A stretch of DNA of 64,000 bases from positions 55,366,001 to 55,430,000 of the forward strand of contig OZ024746.1 of assembly GCA_964016885.1 (NCBI GenBank), read 5' to 3'. Each line of letters starts with the position of its first letter. Position 1 is the stretch's first letter. A model generated the notes under the pieces. The model was given only the letters and a program-made list of their open reading frames with translations. It was not told the DNA's origin and did no database searches. The DNA comes from Eledone cirrhosa. Lineage: Eukaryota. Of this stretch, positions 45,023 to 60,679 are shown piece after piece. Position numbers and translations under genes: made by a program.

Positions 45023-47527
45023 ATGTTCACATATATATATATATGTGTGTATATATATATATGAACACACACACATATATATATATATGAACACATATAT
45101 ATATATATATATAGTGAGAGAAAGAGAGATAGGTGAAAGACCGAAATAAAGAAATGTGTATATTTTTAGAGAGTGTGAGAAAGAGTAATGGCGTGAATTG
45201 TAGTTAATTAGTGTAGGATGGGAAACACCATTAGATATATTGTATTGTTCTAAACTTGATTGTTGTATATAGAAGTCTTTGTTATATAGTACGGCTAATT
45301 AGTGGAACATCTGCGGGTGGTGGTGTTGTAGGTGTTGGTTACCATGGTATTGATGGTGTTCCTGGTGGTGTGGCTATTGCTGATGTTGATGTTGATGGTG
45401 ATGCTGATGAGTTTAATCATAACAATAATGGTTTTTGCGATAATGATGCTGCTGTTGTTGTTGGTTTTCGTGATGATATTGTTTGTGAAGTTGCTACTGA
45501 TAGATATATTGATGGTGGCGGTATATGCAATTACATAGCACGAATAAAACAATGGCCTTATCATTCCGGTTACCAACATTTTCTCTCTCTAAGACTCTAA
45601 ATAATTAATTGAAATGTTCCACATAACCCAGATTTTAACAGGATTTTTTCTACATAAGACATGTTCTGTCTTCCAGGAGCACATTTGGGATTTTCCACGC
45701 GTAGTTGAACCAGCGATTTTGAATTATTGCGATTGACTCTCATATATGTCATTGTCACTTACTATATGCAAATCAGAGTAACGTAAATACTTTCTTTTGA
45801 CTCAATTAGGACGATCAATGCCACATGTAAACAAGTCCATCAGCACGCTACTCAGAGTACTACATAGCTAGCTGTCAATGCCACTTTCCACATAAAGTGC
45901 TAGTTTAAATTCACATTTTGTAAGAGTTAAATTTGTATACAACTCAAATATCTAAAGTTTTCTTTGTAATAAATTTGTAAATTTTTAATTAAATATTTAA
46001 TTTACGTATTAATTTTAAAGCGTTGTTAAATTAAATGTAAGAAAATATATTTTTTATCGATCAGAAGTTCGTAATTAACATGCTAACAATATCAATTAAA
46101 ATGTTAGCATTAATAATATCATTACACTGCTTTTATCATTACACTTGGGAAAACTTCATACGGAATAAAAGAACTGTTGTAGTGTGTAGTGCCAACAATA
46201 TCCCTCTTGAGTTTTAAAAAAAGATTGATTAAGTCATGAATTATGTAAATACATTTTGTGAAACAATATTCACAATTCAACTTTAATTTAAACGAATAGC
46301 TACATATATTTGTAACTGTCAACATCAATTAAAGTGGTCATTCTATTTGTATTAATATCGCTCATTAAGTACACTTCTAATTCTCTTACCACCGGGCGTG
46401 TGTTAGATCTCATTGGTTATGACTGATGAACTGTAGTTCAGTTGTTTTATCACCGGAACACACTGTTAGTGAAGTTATTTTTCAAGAGGTAGAGTATTCC
46501 ACTCACGTAATGACGGGAGCTCAATTCCCGAACAGGATGTAGTGTAATGTTCTTGAGTAAGACACTTTATTGATGTCATTTCTGTCCCCTCGGCTGCTAA
46601 GATATTTGCAGCAACACTGGTGCGAAACTACAAGGACCTTTACCTTTCAATTGATTACCATCTTTGGACTGAAAAACAGAGACTGTTATAAACAGAAACT
46701 GTGTTTCTAGAGTTTCATTTTCACCGGGCCCGTGGGGCGGCCAGCGCGTGGCGGCCAGCGCGTGGCTCATAATAGTGAGAGATATGGAGGGCGATAAAAA
46801 CGCAGTTGGAGGTCGGTTCATCTGTGTTCGGACCTGGTGTAAGTGCGTGTGTATGTTTACTTCTATTCATTCGATATTTCAGACATTGAGTGACACAACC
46901 AAACCTCTACATTTTTTACCAAAACTAATTCATAAAACATTGGTCAACCTCAGTTTATAGTAGAGGCAAGGATCTACAAATCTCATGAAATTGAAGCGAA
47001 CTGTTCAACCATACAAAAATTACCTGCTAGTGCTATATCTTATAACTTAAAATCCGAGATTCGCTACATACGAATTACACCATGCTCTTTCATAAAAGTT
47101 ATGGTATGATATAAATATACATATTTCACTATAGAATCTAGTTGAAAAAGACCCTGCTTGTTGAATTTTGGAGAGGGAGAGAGTAAGGGAGGAGAGATAG
47201 AGGGAAGAAATATAGTAGAATGTAAGTTCAAGCGTTTTTTTTTTTTTTTGTGCTACCTACCTAAGAATCTATATAAACTATGTAAATAGAGACCCCCTCA
47301 TACGAATAATGTTCAATTCTAAATACACTCTCATTGCAATAACCATGGCTTGAATAAGACTATGACAAAGGAATTTGTGTATGTGTTTTATATCTTTTTT
47401 TTTTTGTCAGTATGTGAGTGCACGTCAGTATGTGTGTGTGCGTGTGAGGTAGAGGGATAAAAATAGATAGAAAAGATAGATAGAGAGAAATAAAGATAAG
47501 TAGAATGATAAATAGGGAGAGGGATAA

Positions 47528-47558
<31 letters not shown>

Positions 47559-48018
47559 AAGATAGATGGAAAGGAATACAAATAGATAGATAAATAGATA
47601 GAGAAAAAGTAAGTAAGAGAGTGTGAGAAAAAAATGAAAGAGTGAGAGAGAAGGAGATGTTGAAAGAGGGAAAGATTTAAGTTTGGGAAGCCAGCCATAC
47701 CGATCTATTTCACTAACTATCTATCTCTCTGTCTATCTATCTCTCTATCTTTCGACCTAACTATCTATTGCTTAAAACACGTTAGTACTGAGCACACACA
47801 GCATTGCAACAGGTATTCAAACAGTGTATGTCGGGGAGGGTATAACATTCTTTGTTGATTATTTCCAATGAAGCATAAGTACTGTGAAGCAATTTTGACA
47901 TGAAATCTCCGATGTATTTCTAAATTAAGAAAAAAATATGATAAGCAAATAAAAATTGACATACATATAGACACTCCACAGACGTATGTACACAATTATA
48001 GACGAATATAAATATAAG

Positions 48019-48109
<91 letters not shown>

Positions 48110-48469
48110 ATATGTATATAATGTTATACATATATATTTTATATATATATATATATATATAAATTTATATATATAATGTGTGGGTGTATATAAAAGTAAA
48201 CGGAGACAGTATATCGGAATATAGCGCCCTGCTTTATAAAAAAACGAAGACCAATAAAGAACTCCAGTGATAAATTATTAACAAAATATATATTTATGTG
48301 TAATTTTTTCTACAATTCCCAATAGAGATTGTAATGGTCATTATGGTACGAGAATAGTCTTGGATATATCTTGAATAACACCAAAACACAATTTTTGTTA
48401 TCTCTACTGAAAGGTAAGTGTACGTTTGCTTTGAAAACTAACATCTAGATATCTACATATCAATTTCTC

Positions 48470-48619
<150 letters not shown>

Positions 48620-48621
48620 TG

Positions 48622-48694
<73 letters not shown>

Positions 48695-48710
48695 CTCTCT
48701 CTCTGTTTAT

Positions 48711-48774
<64 letters not shown>

Positions 48775-48804
48775 AAGTATTTCTGTATATCTTTCTCTCT
48801 CTCT

Positions 48805-48879
<75 letters not shown>

Positions 48880-49312
48880 CACAAAAAAGATACAGATAAT
48901 ACATAAATCGCTTATTCATTATATTTATTTCAATAGTTCCATTATCCAATATTGGTTGTATTATATGTATTTGTTGTTGGAATGGGAACGATATCACCAG
49001 ATGATATATATCCGTTTATGTGATATGCTGCTGGCAAAAAAAAACAAAAAAAACAACAAAAAGAAACATGTCCTACATCTCACGTGCCCGGCAAGCATAT
49101 ATAAATATATATATAACAAAGAAGGTATGGTAAGAAACCAGGTGGGCCATAATGCCTCAGTGTACTCGATACTTAGGGTAGTAGAGTGGATAATAGGAAA
49201 AGAGTCATGACCCCGACAGTTCAGCTCCGGCCGTTTCAACAGCTAAATCCGAACAGTTCGGATCTAGCTGTTAAAACAGCCGGAGCTCAGCCGTCGGGGT
49301 CCAGACTCTTTT

Positions 49313-49384
<72 letters not shown>

Positions 49385-49844
49385 ACCCCACTCCTTCTGA
49401 CTAGCCTCAGTGCCACGTGATTGATTCTTTAGAATCTGCCATTTGACCAGAGACAGTGAACATTTTCAGTGCTATGGAATACAGTCCCCGCTAGCAGTTC
49501 CATCCACCGGATTATTATTTTTATATGAGTCCCTAGTGTCCGCGCATTGCCTGGAGACTTAGCTGAGAATAGACTCCCTGATGAGGTAATGAATTCTCGA
49601 TGGTTACATTGCGTAACTATCTTTATCCCATTACAGAAACTAATTAGTTGGAGTGAACATTTTAGTAAGTTAACTTTTAATTTTTTAAATTTTCTTATTT
49701 TACGACTTTCATATAATTGTTCTGCATCCTCCTGCATTGAACCACCTAGGTACTATGACATAACTTATGTATTTGCTAGCATTAGTGTACATCTGTACGC
49801 ATATGTTGGTAAATATACTAATTCTCTCTCTCTCTCTCTCTCTC

Positions 49845-49891
<47 letters not shown>

Positions 49892-49947
49892 GTATGTATG
49901 TATGTATTATGTATGTATGTATGTATGTATGTATGTATGTGTGTATG

Positions 49948-50212
49948 TTTATCCCGGGTTCAATCGGGGGGTAACCACAGTAAGCAAGATACTCAATACA
50001 GAGCAGAGTATAAATATTTAATATAGAAATATAGAAATAGATCCTACTGGACTAGAACTATTTCATTCGGAAAAATCCCTTCTTTAAACCCAATCACCAC
50101 CCTCTCCTACCACCAGAAAAGTTATAAATACAACCTTATTACATTGAGAGTTGCCTTTCCTGATGATTTCTTCTGAATGAAACAATTCTAGTCTTGTAGA
50201 AGCCATTTCTTT
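49948..50212. mobile_element. Family P inverted-arm element with HHR-like core
   Basis: CTGATGA TTTC-ttct-GAAT GAAA CAATTC TA at ~50160-50190; stem I unclear. Same terminus at 54358-54482 and 60348-60494. Confidence 0.6.
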
Positions 50213-51269
50213 ATATATATATTATTTGTTTTTTAAAGGAAACTAATGACTTCACTTGTAGTTCTAAACAATATGATTTAATTTCTTAATATTATAATAT
50301 TATGAGTTGGTATATCTAGTAAGTTCTTTGTTAACTTCGGTGGGAAGATTTTTAAAGATTCCTGGTTAACTTTCCTGGAGAACTTTCTCGCATTCGCTGG
50401 TGGCGATTGTCAAATTAAGATCAGGTTGCGTTGTGATGTGTGACTCTATATATAAGAGAGATTTGGATGTGTCTGGGGGGGGGGGTGCGGTGTTAATGTG
50501 TGTGGGAGTGAAGGAGTGTTGATGAAGATTTAAAGGAATTAAAGCATACACGCACACACACATACACACACATACACACACATATATACATATATATACA
50601 CAGAAAATGGTGAATGTTGACAGCAAGATAATGGGATGGGAGTGCTGTTGGGGCTTTTTTAAAGAGTGTTTAAGAAAGGAGCTGTAAAAGTGCCCTCCTC
50701 TGGTTCCATTTCAATAAATGACCTTTGATGAATATAATGGCAGGATGTTTTTACAAATTCGTTTCTTATAGCTGAATAAATTCTCTTAAATTTATAAAGA
50801 TATCTATATATATATATATAAATAACGAAGGAAATGTGGTAAGGAACCAGATGGACCATAACGCACCAAAGTACTCAATACTTAGGGTAGTAGAGTGGGT
50901 AATAGGAACAATTATGACCCCGACGGCAGAGCTCAAGCCGTATCGACGGCTAATTCAGTCCAGAATTAGCCGTCGAAACGGCTTGAGCTCTGCCGTCGGA
51001 GTCATACTTGTTCCTATATATATATATATATACATGTCTCTAATTTTCATATGTCGCAAAAATAATTATTATTTACTTTATGCTTGAATTGGTGCGTACT
51101 CGTTTCATGTTTTTTTTTGTATTCACAATTTACTAGGATAGAGGCATAATGGCTCTCCCCCCTTTGTAATTGTTGTGTAAACCAACCGCCTGGCATAAGA
51201 AGCTTTGTGAGAAATTGAAATGTGAAATTACTGCATCCTACCAAAAATGACTATAATAGTTGATTTAAT

Positions 51270-51712
51270 AATAATAATGAAAATATTGTGTACAGTGCTC
51301 AGGTGCACTACAACTCATCAAAAGTGTTTGTATAGTACATAGGGTAATGTACAAACGTCAGGAAAATGAACACTGCATGAGTCATGATATACACATGTGT
51401 GCATGTGCATGGAAGTGGGACATCAGGTGTAGTTTTGGCGAATGTCGGGGTTTTAGAGGATGCAGTGTCTCGGCAGCTAACTGACGCGGGCAGTTTGTTT
51501 CATGCTTCTGCAACTGTAAGCGTGAAAAAATGTTTCCGAAAGTCATGGGAGCTGTGCTGTTTTCTGACTTTGTAGGCATGTCCACGTGTGTTAGACACAT
51601 GGAGATCAAAAAGGTGCTCAGGGTTGTTGTTGGCAAGATGGTTAATAACTTTGTGGGTGTTTACCACGTCCATTGCCAGACGTCGGAGCTTCAATGAATC
51701 CATGCCCACCAT
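51270..51712 (-). mobile_element. CR1/L2-type LINE 3' end
   Basis: GMDSLKLRRLAMD..THKVI..NTRGHAYKVRKQHSSHDFRKHFFTLTVAEA*NKLP, followed by a 3' UTR and (ATT)n tail. Confidence 0.8.
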
Positions 51713-51994
51713 TATCAATATTATTTGAAAAAAATGTGTAAATTAATATTATGGTGATGTGATTCTACATTAAATGATAAATCTAAAGGAAGTACACCGA
51801 GCAAGTCCAAGTTTTAGATAGAAAAATACACAAAACTGGTAAATTCACAATATATTTATCATGTATATATATTGATGTCAATATGTTCGTCGCATTATTT
51901 GCGAGTTTGTCACTGATACAGTTCGATGATACTTATACGGTAAATACATATATACTTGTTTCCATTGTCTGTTTTCAATTGATTTCAAATAAAG

Positions 51995-52097
<103 letters not shown>

Positions 52098-52608
52098 TAA
52101 ATGTCTGTTCGTATGTATGTGTTTGTAAATGTGTGCGTATAGATAGAAAGAAAGCGACTGACAGATAGATAGCTAGTAAGATAGATAGTGTAAAAATCGT
52201 CCTGAAGTAACAGTTTCTGGTCACTCATGTCCTGCAGCTGTTATCATAAAGTTTGATATAACCTATCGATTATCTATTTATCATATCTCATTCTCTATGT
52301 AACGCCTTGTCATGATATATTAAACCTGATCCCGCTGTGCATCATACTAGCGGCCTTTTGCAAACGAAGAGAGATTCTACTCGACCAAACATATTTACAA
52401 GGCAGATAATTATTTGTGATAGTTGTCGCCATTTTGAAAGAAGCGGAAACGGAAGACGCGAAGTGATTGTGTTTATGATGATTAATAATAGGGAGTTAAG
52501 CAGTGCAGTATGGGTCATTACTCTTACTCCTAACAACTCTATATTCACACGAACAGATACATATATAAAGATATACTTACTGTTACGAACACATGCACAC
52601 AGACGCAA

Positions 52609-52668
<60 letters not shown>

Positions 52669-52735
52669 TTGTATGTATGTATGCATGTATGAATGTATGT
52701 ATGTATATATATGCATGTATACATACATATATGGA

Positions 52736-52772
<37 letters not shown>

Positions 52773-52802
52773 ATTGATATATATATATATATATATATGG
52801 AT

Positions 52803-52866
<64 letters not shown>

Positions 52867-53346
52867 ATTGATTGATAGATATACTAATACATAGTTGTAT
52901 TTGTGTGTGTAAGCATATATATATATATATACCAATTATGAAACTTATAATGCAGAAAGAAGCATTGTCCAATCCCTTGTCATACTTGTTTTCTAACTTA
53001 TATATATATCTTGCTATCTTTCTTTTATATGTTTGTCTGTGCGCTGTTCAATTTGTTCCACACAATATAGATACATGAATGCATATCCGAAATATTAGTA
53101 CTTCATATATACGTGACAATCAGTGTGTGGACAGCTCTCTATATATGTATTAATACAATTCAATTGCATCACTGTTCAAGAGAGGGCTGGGGCTGTGTTC
53201 AACGTTATATAAGTTCTCCTGAAACAAAGAAGCATGTGTTGGCTCGAGCAAGTTGTGACACTGAAGGAAGATTGAATACCCAGGGAACTTCTATATGAAG
53301 ATTTGCCTCAAGGAATGTGCTCCACACACAGTCACCATCCGCGCTA

Positions 53347-53535
53347 AATAATTGTTTCTACTTTTGACACAAGGCCAGCAATTATTCAACTGTTTTACTA
53401 CTACTTAATTTTATCGACCCCTAAGGATGAAAGGCAAAGTTAACCTCGACGGGATTAGAACTCAGACCATAAAGGGCCGTAACTCACTGCTGCAAACATG
53501 CCGTCCGACCCATTACTGATACTCCCAATCCATCG
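53347..53535 (-). mobile_element. SINE (octopod-type)
   Basis: Family consensus. Confidence 0.8.
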
Positions 53536-54515
53536 TCCCTACGCTACATAATAATGAGCCGAAAGACTCAAGGATGAACCCAGTGATTTGGCAAGCTATA
53601 ACCTTCGAGAAATCATCCTCGTGGAAATGATTGATGCATAGCATCTCCAATTTCAAAGAGACGGTTCCAATAGTCAGTGGCCAAAAGGTGAAGGAAAAGG
53701 GCATAAATGCTGATATACAGACCAGCATTAGACTCCTGGGTAAAGTGTGGTAGATACTGACATTCTCGTTTAGACCAACCATCAAGCCACAAACGACGCT
53801 CATATTAGATATGTCCATATATTTATACACGGTGGGTCAGTCTCAGTTACACATTCTATGATCATACATATATAACGTCATCGTAACCTTCGGCTGCAAG
53901 CATAATTCTTAATATATAACTTAATTAATTAATACAAGAGCGCTAATTGTATGCAAATTAGTACGTCTATTTCGGAGGGATGCTAAGAACTAATGGATAT
54001 AAATTCCCATCAAATACAGGCTTCTTTTTGTTTGATTTTATGATCTACCCGTCTTTGAATGAGGGTCCAATTAAATCGGAAAATAGATTAATAATTGTTT
54101 CTACTTTTTGGCACAAGTGATTTTCCAGTGCATTACTGGTACTTTAGATTAATAATGTTTATCATTGTTTTCAATTAACGGGGAAATTCGTATTTTCTGG
54201 CAAGTTCATATGCCTTTATATTAGATAGGCATGTAGGTGTTTATACACGCCGTAAGCAGTCTCGTTTACACACTCTGCATTTGTATTTATACATTTATCA
54301 TACACTTCAGAACGAATACACACCCACACACACACATACAATAATATATAGATATATGTTTATTCCGGGTTCAACCTGTGTAACCACAGTAAATAAGGTA
54401 CTCAATACATAGCAGAGTATAAATATTTCATATAGAAATGGCATCTACAGGACTAGTACTGTTTCATTCGGAGGAAATCACCAAGAGAGCGCGCGCGCGC
54501 ACACACACACACACA

Positions 54516-54599
<84 letters not shown>

Positions 54600-55527
54600 C
54601 ACGAAAACCAATCCAAACCAAACTGTGAGTGTGTTTTATTATGATTTCTGGCAATACTATAACAACATGACCCTCCCCAAATATATATATATATATACTC
54701 ACATATAAACTCACCTTTATAGAATTATACATATATACATGTTTCTACTTTCATTCATACTTTTCTTTCGTTATAGGTTTTGTTTCATTTTTCAATATAC
54801 TGTAACCAAAATCAAGATATATAGTTTTAATTATCAGCTCATCAGTTCGTCATAACAATTAATCGAACTCCAATATTATATTCTAATGTTTCCACCTGAA
54901 AGGCAAGCAGCTAATCTTATTAAAATAACCTTACCTCTTACCTTTATATGGTTTCTCTTTTCTCAATTATCGAGAAAGTTTCTTAATTAATTGTATTTCT
55001 GCCAACCAGCTTTCAATACCCTTCATTAGGTACTAAAACAATGTCTGCGAAAAATTATGTCCATTTTTTCTTTTGTGGGTAGTAAGTTTATCATTGGTTG
55101 TTGTTGCGTTTGTTGCTGAAACATAGCGTCTAATGTCTGTGTGTATATGGATGTAAATGAATATATCTGTCCGTTTGTGTTAACGATGAGTAGGTTTTTA
55201 TATTTATATATCTTTTGTTTGTCTGATTGTGTGTGTGTGTGTGCCGGTTTCTTTGTATATGTGTATGCCAATGTTTGTATGTCTCTATTTGTGTTTTCAT
55301 ATATACTTACAAATATATCTGTCCCTACCTACGTATACAGTTATCTATCTATCTATCAATATATCTATATATAAATCTCTCTCTATCTATCTATCTATCT
55401 CTCTCTTTCTCTCTCTCTCTATATATATACATATATATATATATATTTACATGCTTAATTTTCTATTTATATACCTCTCTAGATATATCTGTCTTTCTAT
55501 TTATCTTTTTATCTATTTATCTATTTT

Positions 55528-55589
<62 letters not shown>

Positions 55590-55628
55590 CTTTCTCTCTG
55601 TTTCCTTCACGTTATATATATATATATA

Positions 55629-55752
55629 GTTCAAATCTGAGTTCAAATCACGCCGAGGATGACTTTGCCTTTCATCCTTACGTGGTCGATAAAATAAAGT
55701 ACCAGTAATGCACTCGGTAATTGCTGGCCGTGTGTCTAAAGTAGAAACAGTT
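55629..55752 (+). mobile_element. SINE (octopod-type), 5'-truncated
   Basis: Family consensus. Confidence 0.8.
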
Positions 55753-56236
55753 ATATATATATATTTATACAAAGAGATAGAGAGATAGAGAGAGAGTGAG
55801 AAAGAGAGAGACGTATACATGAACAAGGATATGTGAATCTGTGTCTATAGTATGCTTGAATCTATCAAAGGATATATATATATATATGTGTGTAAGTAAT
55901 GGTCAGACGTCGCATTGACATATTACGTATGTATGTATGTGAGTTTACGTACGCATGTATGTATGTATGTATGTATGTATGTATATTCGTGCAGGTTGTG
56001 TGTATATGTGGTGTCTATGTTTGGTTTTGATACAAACCCATTATATTTGGAGGTGGGAACGTTATGTCTAATTGGATGCTTCCCATCTATATTGAGCTCA
56101 GTTCAAAATGCTACTCTACTTGACGTTTACATACACGCCTGATTTGTTGTAAATCAATTATAATATTCATTACACTCGGCGTGATAAGGAGATGATACAC
56201 AGCACACATTTGAATGGTGACTTATATATAGAACTA

Positions 56237-56299
<63 letters not shown>

Positions 56300-56302
<3 letters not shown>

Positions 56303-59300
56303 TTTTTCCCCATAACGGCATTCCTATGTTTTAACAACAATACAACTTTCTCCGGTTTAGCCTGTTCCCCCCCCCCCCTTTTGGAACTTTCCCCCGTTGA
56401 TGGGCGTAAGCCCGAAATATTGGGATTAAATCTCCACTACGGTTACCCTTCTACCTTTGTTTTGTTTTCATTTTCGTTTCTCTCAATTGTCACTTTTCTC
56501 CTATTTCTCACTCACTTCCTACCTCGAGATTTCCCATCTGCATTGTTGTGGCTTTCTAAACTACATATTTTACACATTTCACAATGCTTCAAGCAAACTT
56601 TAACACCCTCTTATCATTACACCTGAGCCAGGACTTGTTTGCACCCATAAGGGACCTATTCAGACTATCGGAGAATCGTGCCAAACTCGGTTGCCAAATT
56701 ACCTTCTTAAAACGCTGCCTAAAGAATAAGATCATTCAAACCACCATCAGGAATATACATCTACCCGAATGTTTACGATTACCATCCTTCGAAAACACCA
56801 TCCGCCACATTCAACGCACGTTTATCAAGAAAATACTACGACATAACCACCATCAACTGCGACTCCATATACAAACGCTCTCCGAGCACATAGATCGTAT
56901 AGCTCCAACCCTCACCCCTGACCACCAGGTCCAGAAAATACGCGAAGCTATCGATCAGTGTTACCACACCAGAGTCAAATACGATAAACAGCGCCTTATA
57001 CGGAAATACGAATGGACTGTAAACAAATACTACAATGACAACATCCGCTCCCACAGACGGACCGACTACAACCACACCAGGGGCAACAGCGATACAACAC
57101 CCTCCGCTACACCCCCAACAGCGATCTACCTACCAACGATGCTTCACACATCGTTACCGACCTAACCGGTACCCTCACCAACGACGAACTCGAACTCCTG
57201 CGCCTCGGACCCAAGTTCATCATTACACAGCGTCTCGATGATAGACTGAAACTCGACATCGAAACCAACTTCTGTCGGACAGCGTATCAACTGAAATGGC
57301 TAACCGCCATCCAAAACAACACCGAGATCGATTACAACCCCACAACCCACACCACACTCCCCACGTACCACCTCGACAACCCACTCCACCCCCCACCCAC
57401 CAACCACGAACTTGACACTAAACTACTCAGGTTGAAACATTCTATCTCTAACATCCTTTCCCAACACACACACACACAATAAACGCAACCTCACCAATGC
57501 ACAATTTAATACTCTCACCAACCTGAGATCCAGGAACCTTGTTTACCTTCCCTCTGACAAGGGGAAAGAATTCTGTGTCATCTCGAGAGAGACCTACAAC
57601 AACTTAGCTCTCCAACATCTTAATGACGACAGCCTCTACTCGAAAGTCACAGGGACCTCCTCGACTCTAATCGAGGAAGGCATTAACACCATATGGACTA
57701 ACATCTGTGTCCAACGAAAACAGCCAAAGAAGGTAAAAAACAACATAATGACTCGAAACAGCAAACTACCCACATTCTACCACCTGGTGAAAACCCATAA
57801 ACAAGGACCCGATTTGAAAATCAGGCCCATTGTCTCTAGCGTGGAGGGCCCACTTTACAAAATATCGTGGATGCTCTCCACACTACTGAAACCCATTCTA
57901 CACACACTACCAGCCCACGTCTGCAGCTCAAAGGAGGTCTTGGAGCGACTACATCATCTGGCGCCCAACACCAGAAAGGACAACGGATATGCCTTCAGTC
58001 TTGATGTGGTCGCCCTTTATACCTCCGTACCAGCATCCCCAGCCGTCGACCTTTTGACCGAACGAGTCCGAGCATCTAATTTACACTGCTTCGGACTCAC
58101 ACACACGGACATCCACCAACTCCTCTACTTCGTTGTGGATAATGCATTCTTCAATTTCCTCGGCCACACGTACAAACAGATCTCTGGGCTACCTATGGGC
58201 TCTAGTCTGTCCGGCATACTTGCGATCTCGTACATGGACCACCTGGAACGCAAGGCACTCAACACCTGCCAACCCAACGCCGTCGCCTTCTACTCCAGAT
58301 ACGTTGATGACATACTGATACTCACTTCTTCCCGGGAGATGGCGAATGAAATTCACCAAATCTTCAACGACACTGACCATCACGTCGATTTCACCATCGA
58401 ACACCCTGGAGAAGACGGGTCACTCGCCTTCCTCGACTTCCGTATCAACATCTCGGAAGAAGGAGACATAAACACCACCTTCTACCGCAAGGCAGCGTGC
58501 AAGGGTGTAAGGACTTATTTGTGCATTACAACTCAGCCCTCCCCAACAACGCTAAGAGAGGCTATGTCCTAAATGAACTTACACGGATCACTAATAGATG
58601 CAGCGACCCGATGGGTGGTCTCACCCATACCACGCAATTCCGTAATCTACTCAAGTCTAATGGTTATCCCAAGCGACTGATTAACGGAATTATAGACCCC
58701 AGACCCAATAGACAGACACCCACTAGAAACTTAGATAAAAGCAGGCGCTTCTTTAAAATCCCTCACCTGAGTGAATATACCACGAACGCCATCCGCAGGG
58801 CCATACGGAGGGAGGGATTTGACATACATTTGGCCCACACAGGACCTTCGCTCCGAAGATGCCTCTCCAACAAACCCGACGAGTCAGATGGGACGTGTTC
58901 CCTCAGCAACTGCCCGATACGGGGGGCAGATTGCCTACGCACCTATGTCGTATATAAGATTCAATGCGATAAATGTAACAAGTTTTACATAGGTAGCACC
59001 ATCCGACCCCTACATGTTCGTATCAAGAAACATGTCAACACCAACGCATCTTCTTTCCGTAAACACATCCTTAAATGCGGAAACCCACAGGGCAGACCCT
59101 TGGTCACAGTCCTAGCGACTGAACGCAGCATCGGATCCTTAAGGATAAAGGAAGCACTTGTTATTAAGAACCTCAGACCCCCACGTAACAACCGGGCTGG
59201 AAGAAATGAGCTGACATGGCTAATTTAACCATAGTGACCAGTAACAGCCCCTACGGCCTACTATCTTTCACACACACGCACTTATATGTATACCCATACA

Positions 59301-59847
59301 CATACACACACATCTATATTTATACACGCACACATGTTTATACAACCTACCACCTTTCACACCCTTTGATTTCCAGCTTCTACGGCCCACTATCTTTCAC
59401 ACACACACACTCACATACATACACACCTACACATATACACACACAGTTACACACACATATATATTTACACACACATATTTTACGGCTTTCACACGCTAGC
59501 GCACCCTATTGATTTATCCCAATTGGTCAGTAGCTTTTGCCACAGCCTATCAAGCGCACGCGCATTCTTTCCCTCGTTTGAATTTTTCCCCATAACGGCA
59601 TTCCCATGTTTTAACAACAATACAACTTTCTCCGGTTTAGCCTGTTCCCCCCCTCTTGGAACTTTCCCCCGTTGATGGGCGTAAGCCCAAAATATTGGGA
59701 TTAAATCCCCACTACGGTAACCCTTCTACCTTTGTTTTGTTTTCATTTTTGTTTCTCTCAATTTTCACTTTTCTCCTATTTCTCACTAACTTCCTACCTC
59801 GAGTTTTCCCTTCTGCATTGTTGTGGCTTTCTAAACTACATATTTTA
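56300..59847 (+). mobile_element. Near full-length Penelope-like element with direct pLTRs in (TA)n
   Basis: Direct repeats 56302-56572 and 59582-59847 flank the ORF; TA runs on both sides. Confidence 0.92.
56584..59228 (+). pseudogene. PLE polyprotein (N-terminal domain, RT, GIY-YIG) with a few frameshifts/stops
   Basis: MLQANFNTL..FLKRCLKNKII; PSDKG; KIRPIVS; FSLDVVALYTSV; QISGLPMGSSLS; YSRYVDD; LAFLD; VVYKIQCDKCNKFYIGSTIRPLHVRIKKH. Confidence 0.92.
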
Positions 59848-60313
59848 TATATATATACATGTATGAAGAGTGGTGTGGTCAGGCACGGAGATACTATAAA
59901 ATAACTTACCAAATAGGATGAAGACTCTCAGAGACAGAAAAAAATGCCATTGGCCACTTCGGAGAATCGAACTTCGTATCTCCCAAATATCAGCTAGGCA
60001 CTTATAAACATTAAGCGAAGGGAACTTGACAAACCATAAGGTCTTAATTTAGGTAGTTGAATAGCAACCTTTAAATGTAAACACACCCGGTGTATAGTTA
60101 GCCGATCGGTTGGGATTTTACGAAGCGCCGAGAAGAAAAACTTAATATAAAGAGTGATATAGCATAGGCATTGAGATACGATAAAAAAAAAAAAGAACTT
60201 ATGAAAAAGGGTGAAGACATGCTTAGAGAGGGCAACAAAAGTTTTCATTGAACCGCGTATCTCAGAGATGCCGGCAAGGTGCTTCGAAATATTAAGCCAA
60301 GAGACCGTGGGAA

Positions 60314-60347
<34 letters not shown>

Positions 60348-60491
60348 TTTATCCCGGGTTCAAAAGTGGGTAACCATAATAAGTAAGGTACTCAATACAT
60401 AGCATAGTATAAATATTTAATATAGAAATGGCTTCTATAGGACAGGACTAGAACTGTTTCATTCGGAAGAAATCATCAGGGCTTCCTGATG

Positions 60492-60536
<45 letters not shown>

Positions 60537-60637
60537 GGGGGGGGTGCGTGCGCGTGTGTGTGTGCGTGTGCTCGCATATCTGTGTCAACGATGTGTAGGT
60601 TTTTATATTTATATATCTTTTGTTTGTTTGTTTGTAC

Positions 60638-60679
<42 letters not shown>

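Noticed and set aside
45295-45530. 114-aa Gly/Val/Asp-rich ORF
   Set aside because: Degenerate GGT/GAT/GTT trinucleotide low-complexity tract, open in several frames.
49385-49750. Possible decayed CR1-like 3' fragment on the - strand
   Set aside because: Resemblance too weak to call without an alignment.
53540-53845. Possible mariner-type relic (TACACGGTGGGTCA terminus-like sequence)
   Set aside because: No convincing catalytic motifs or partner TIR.
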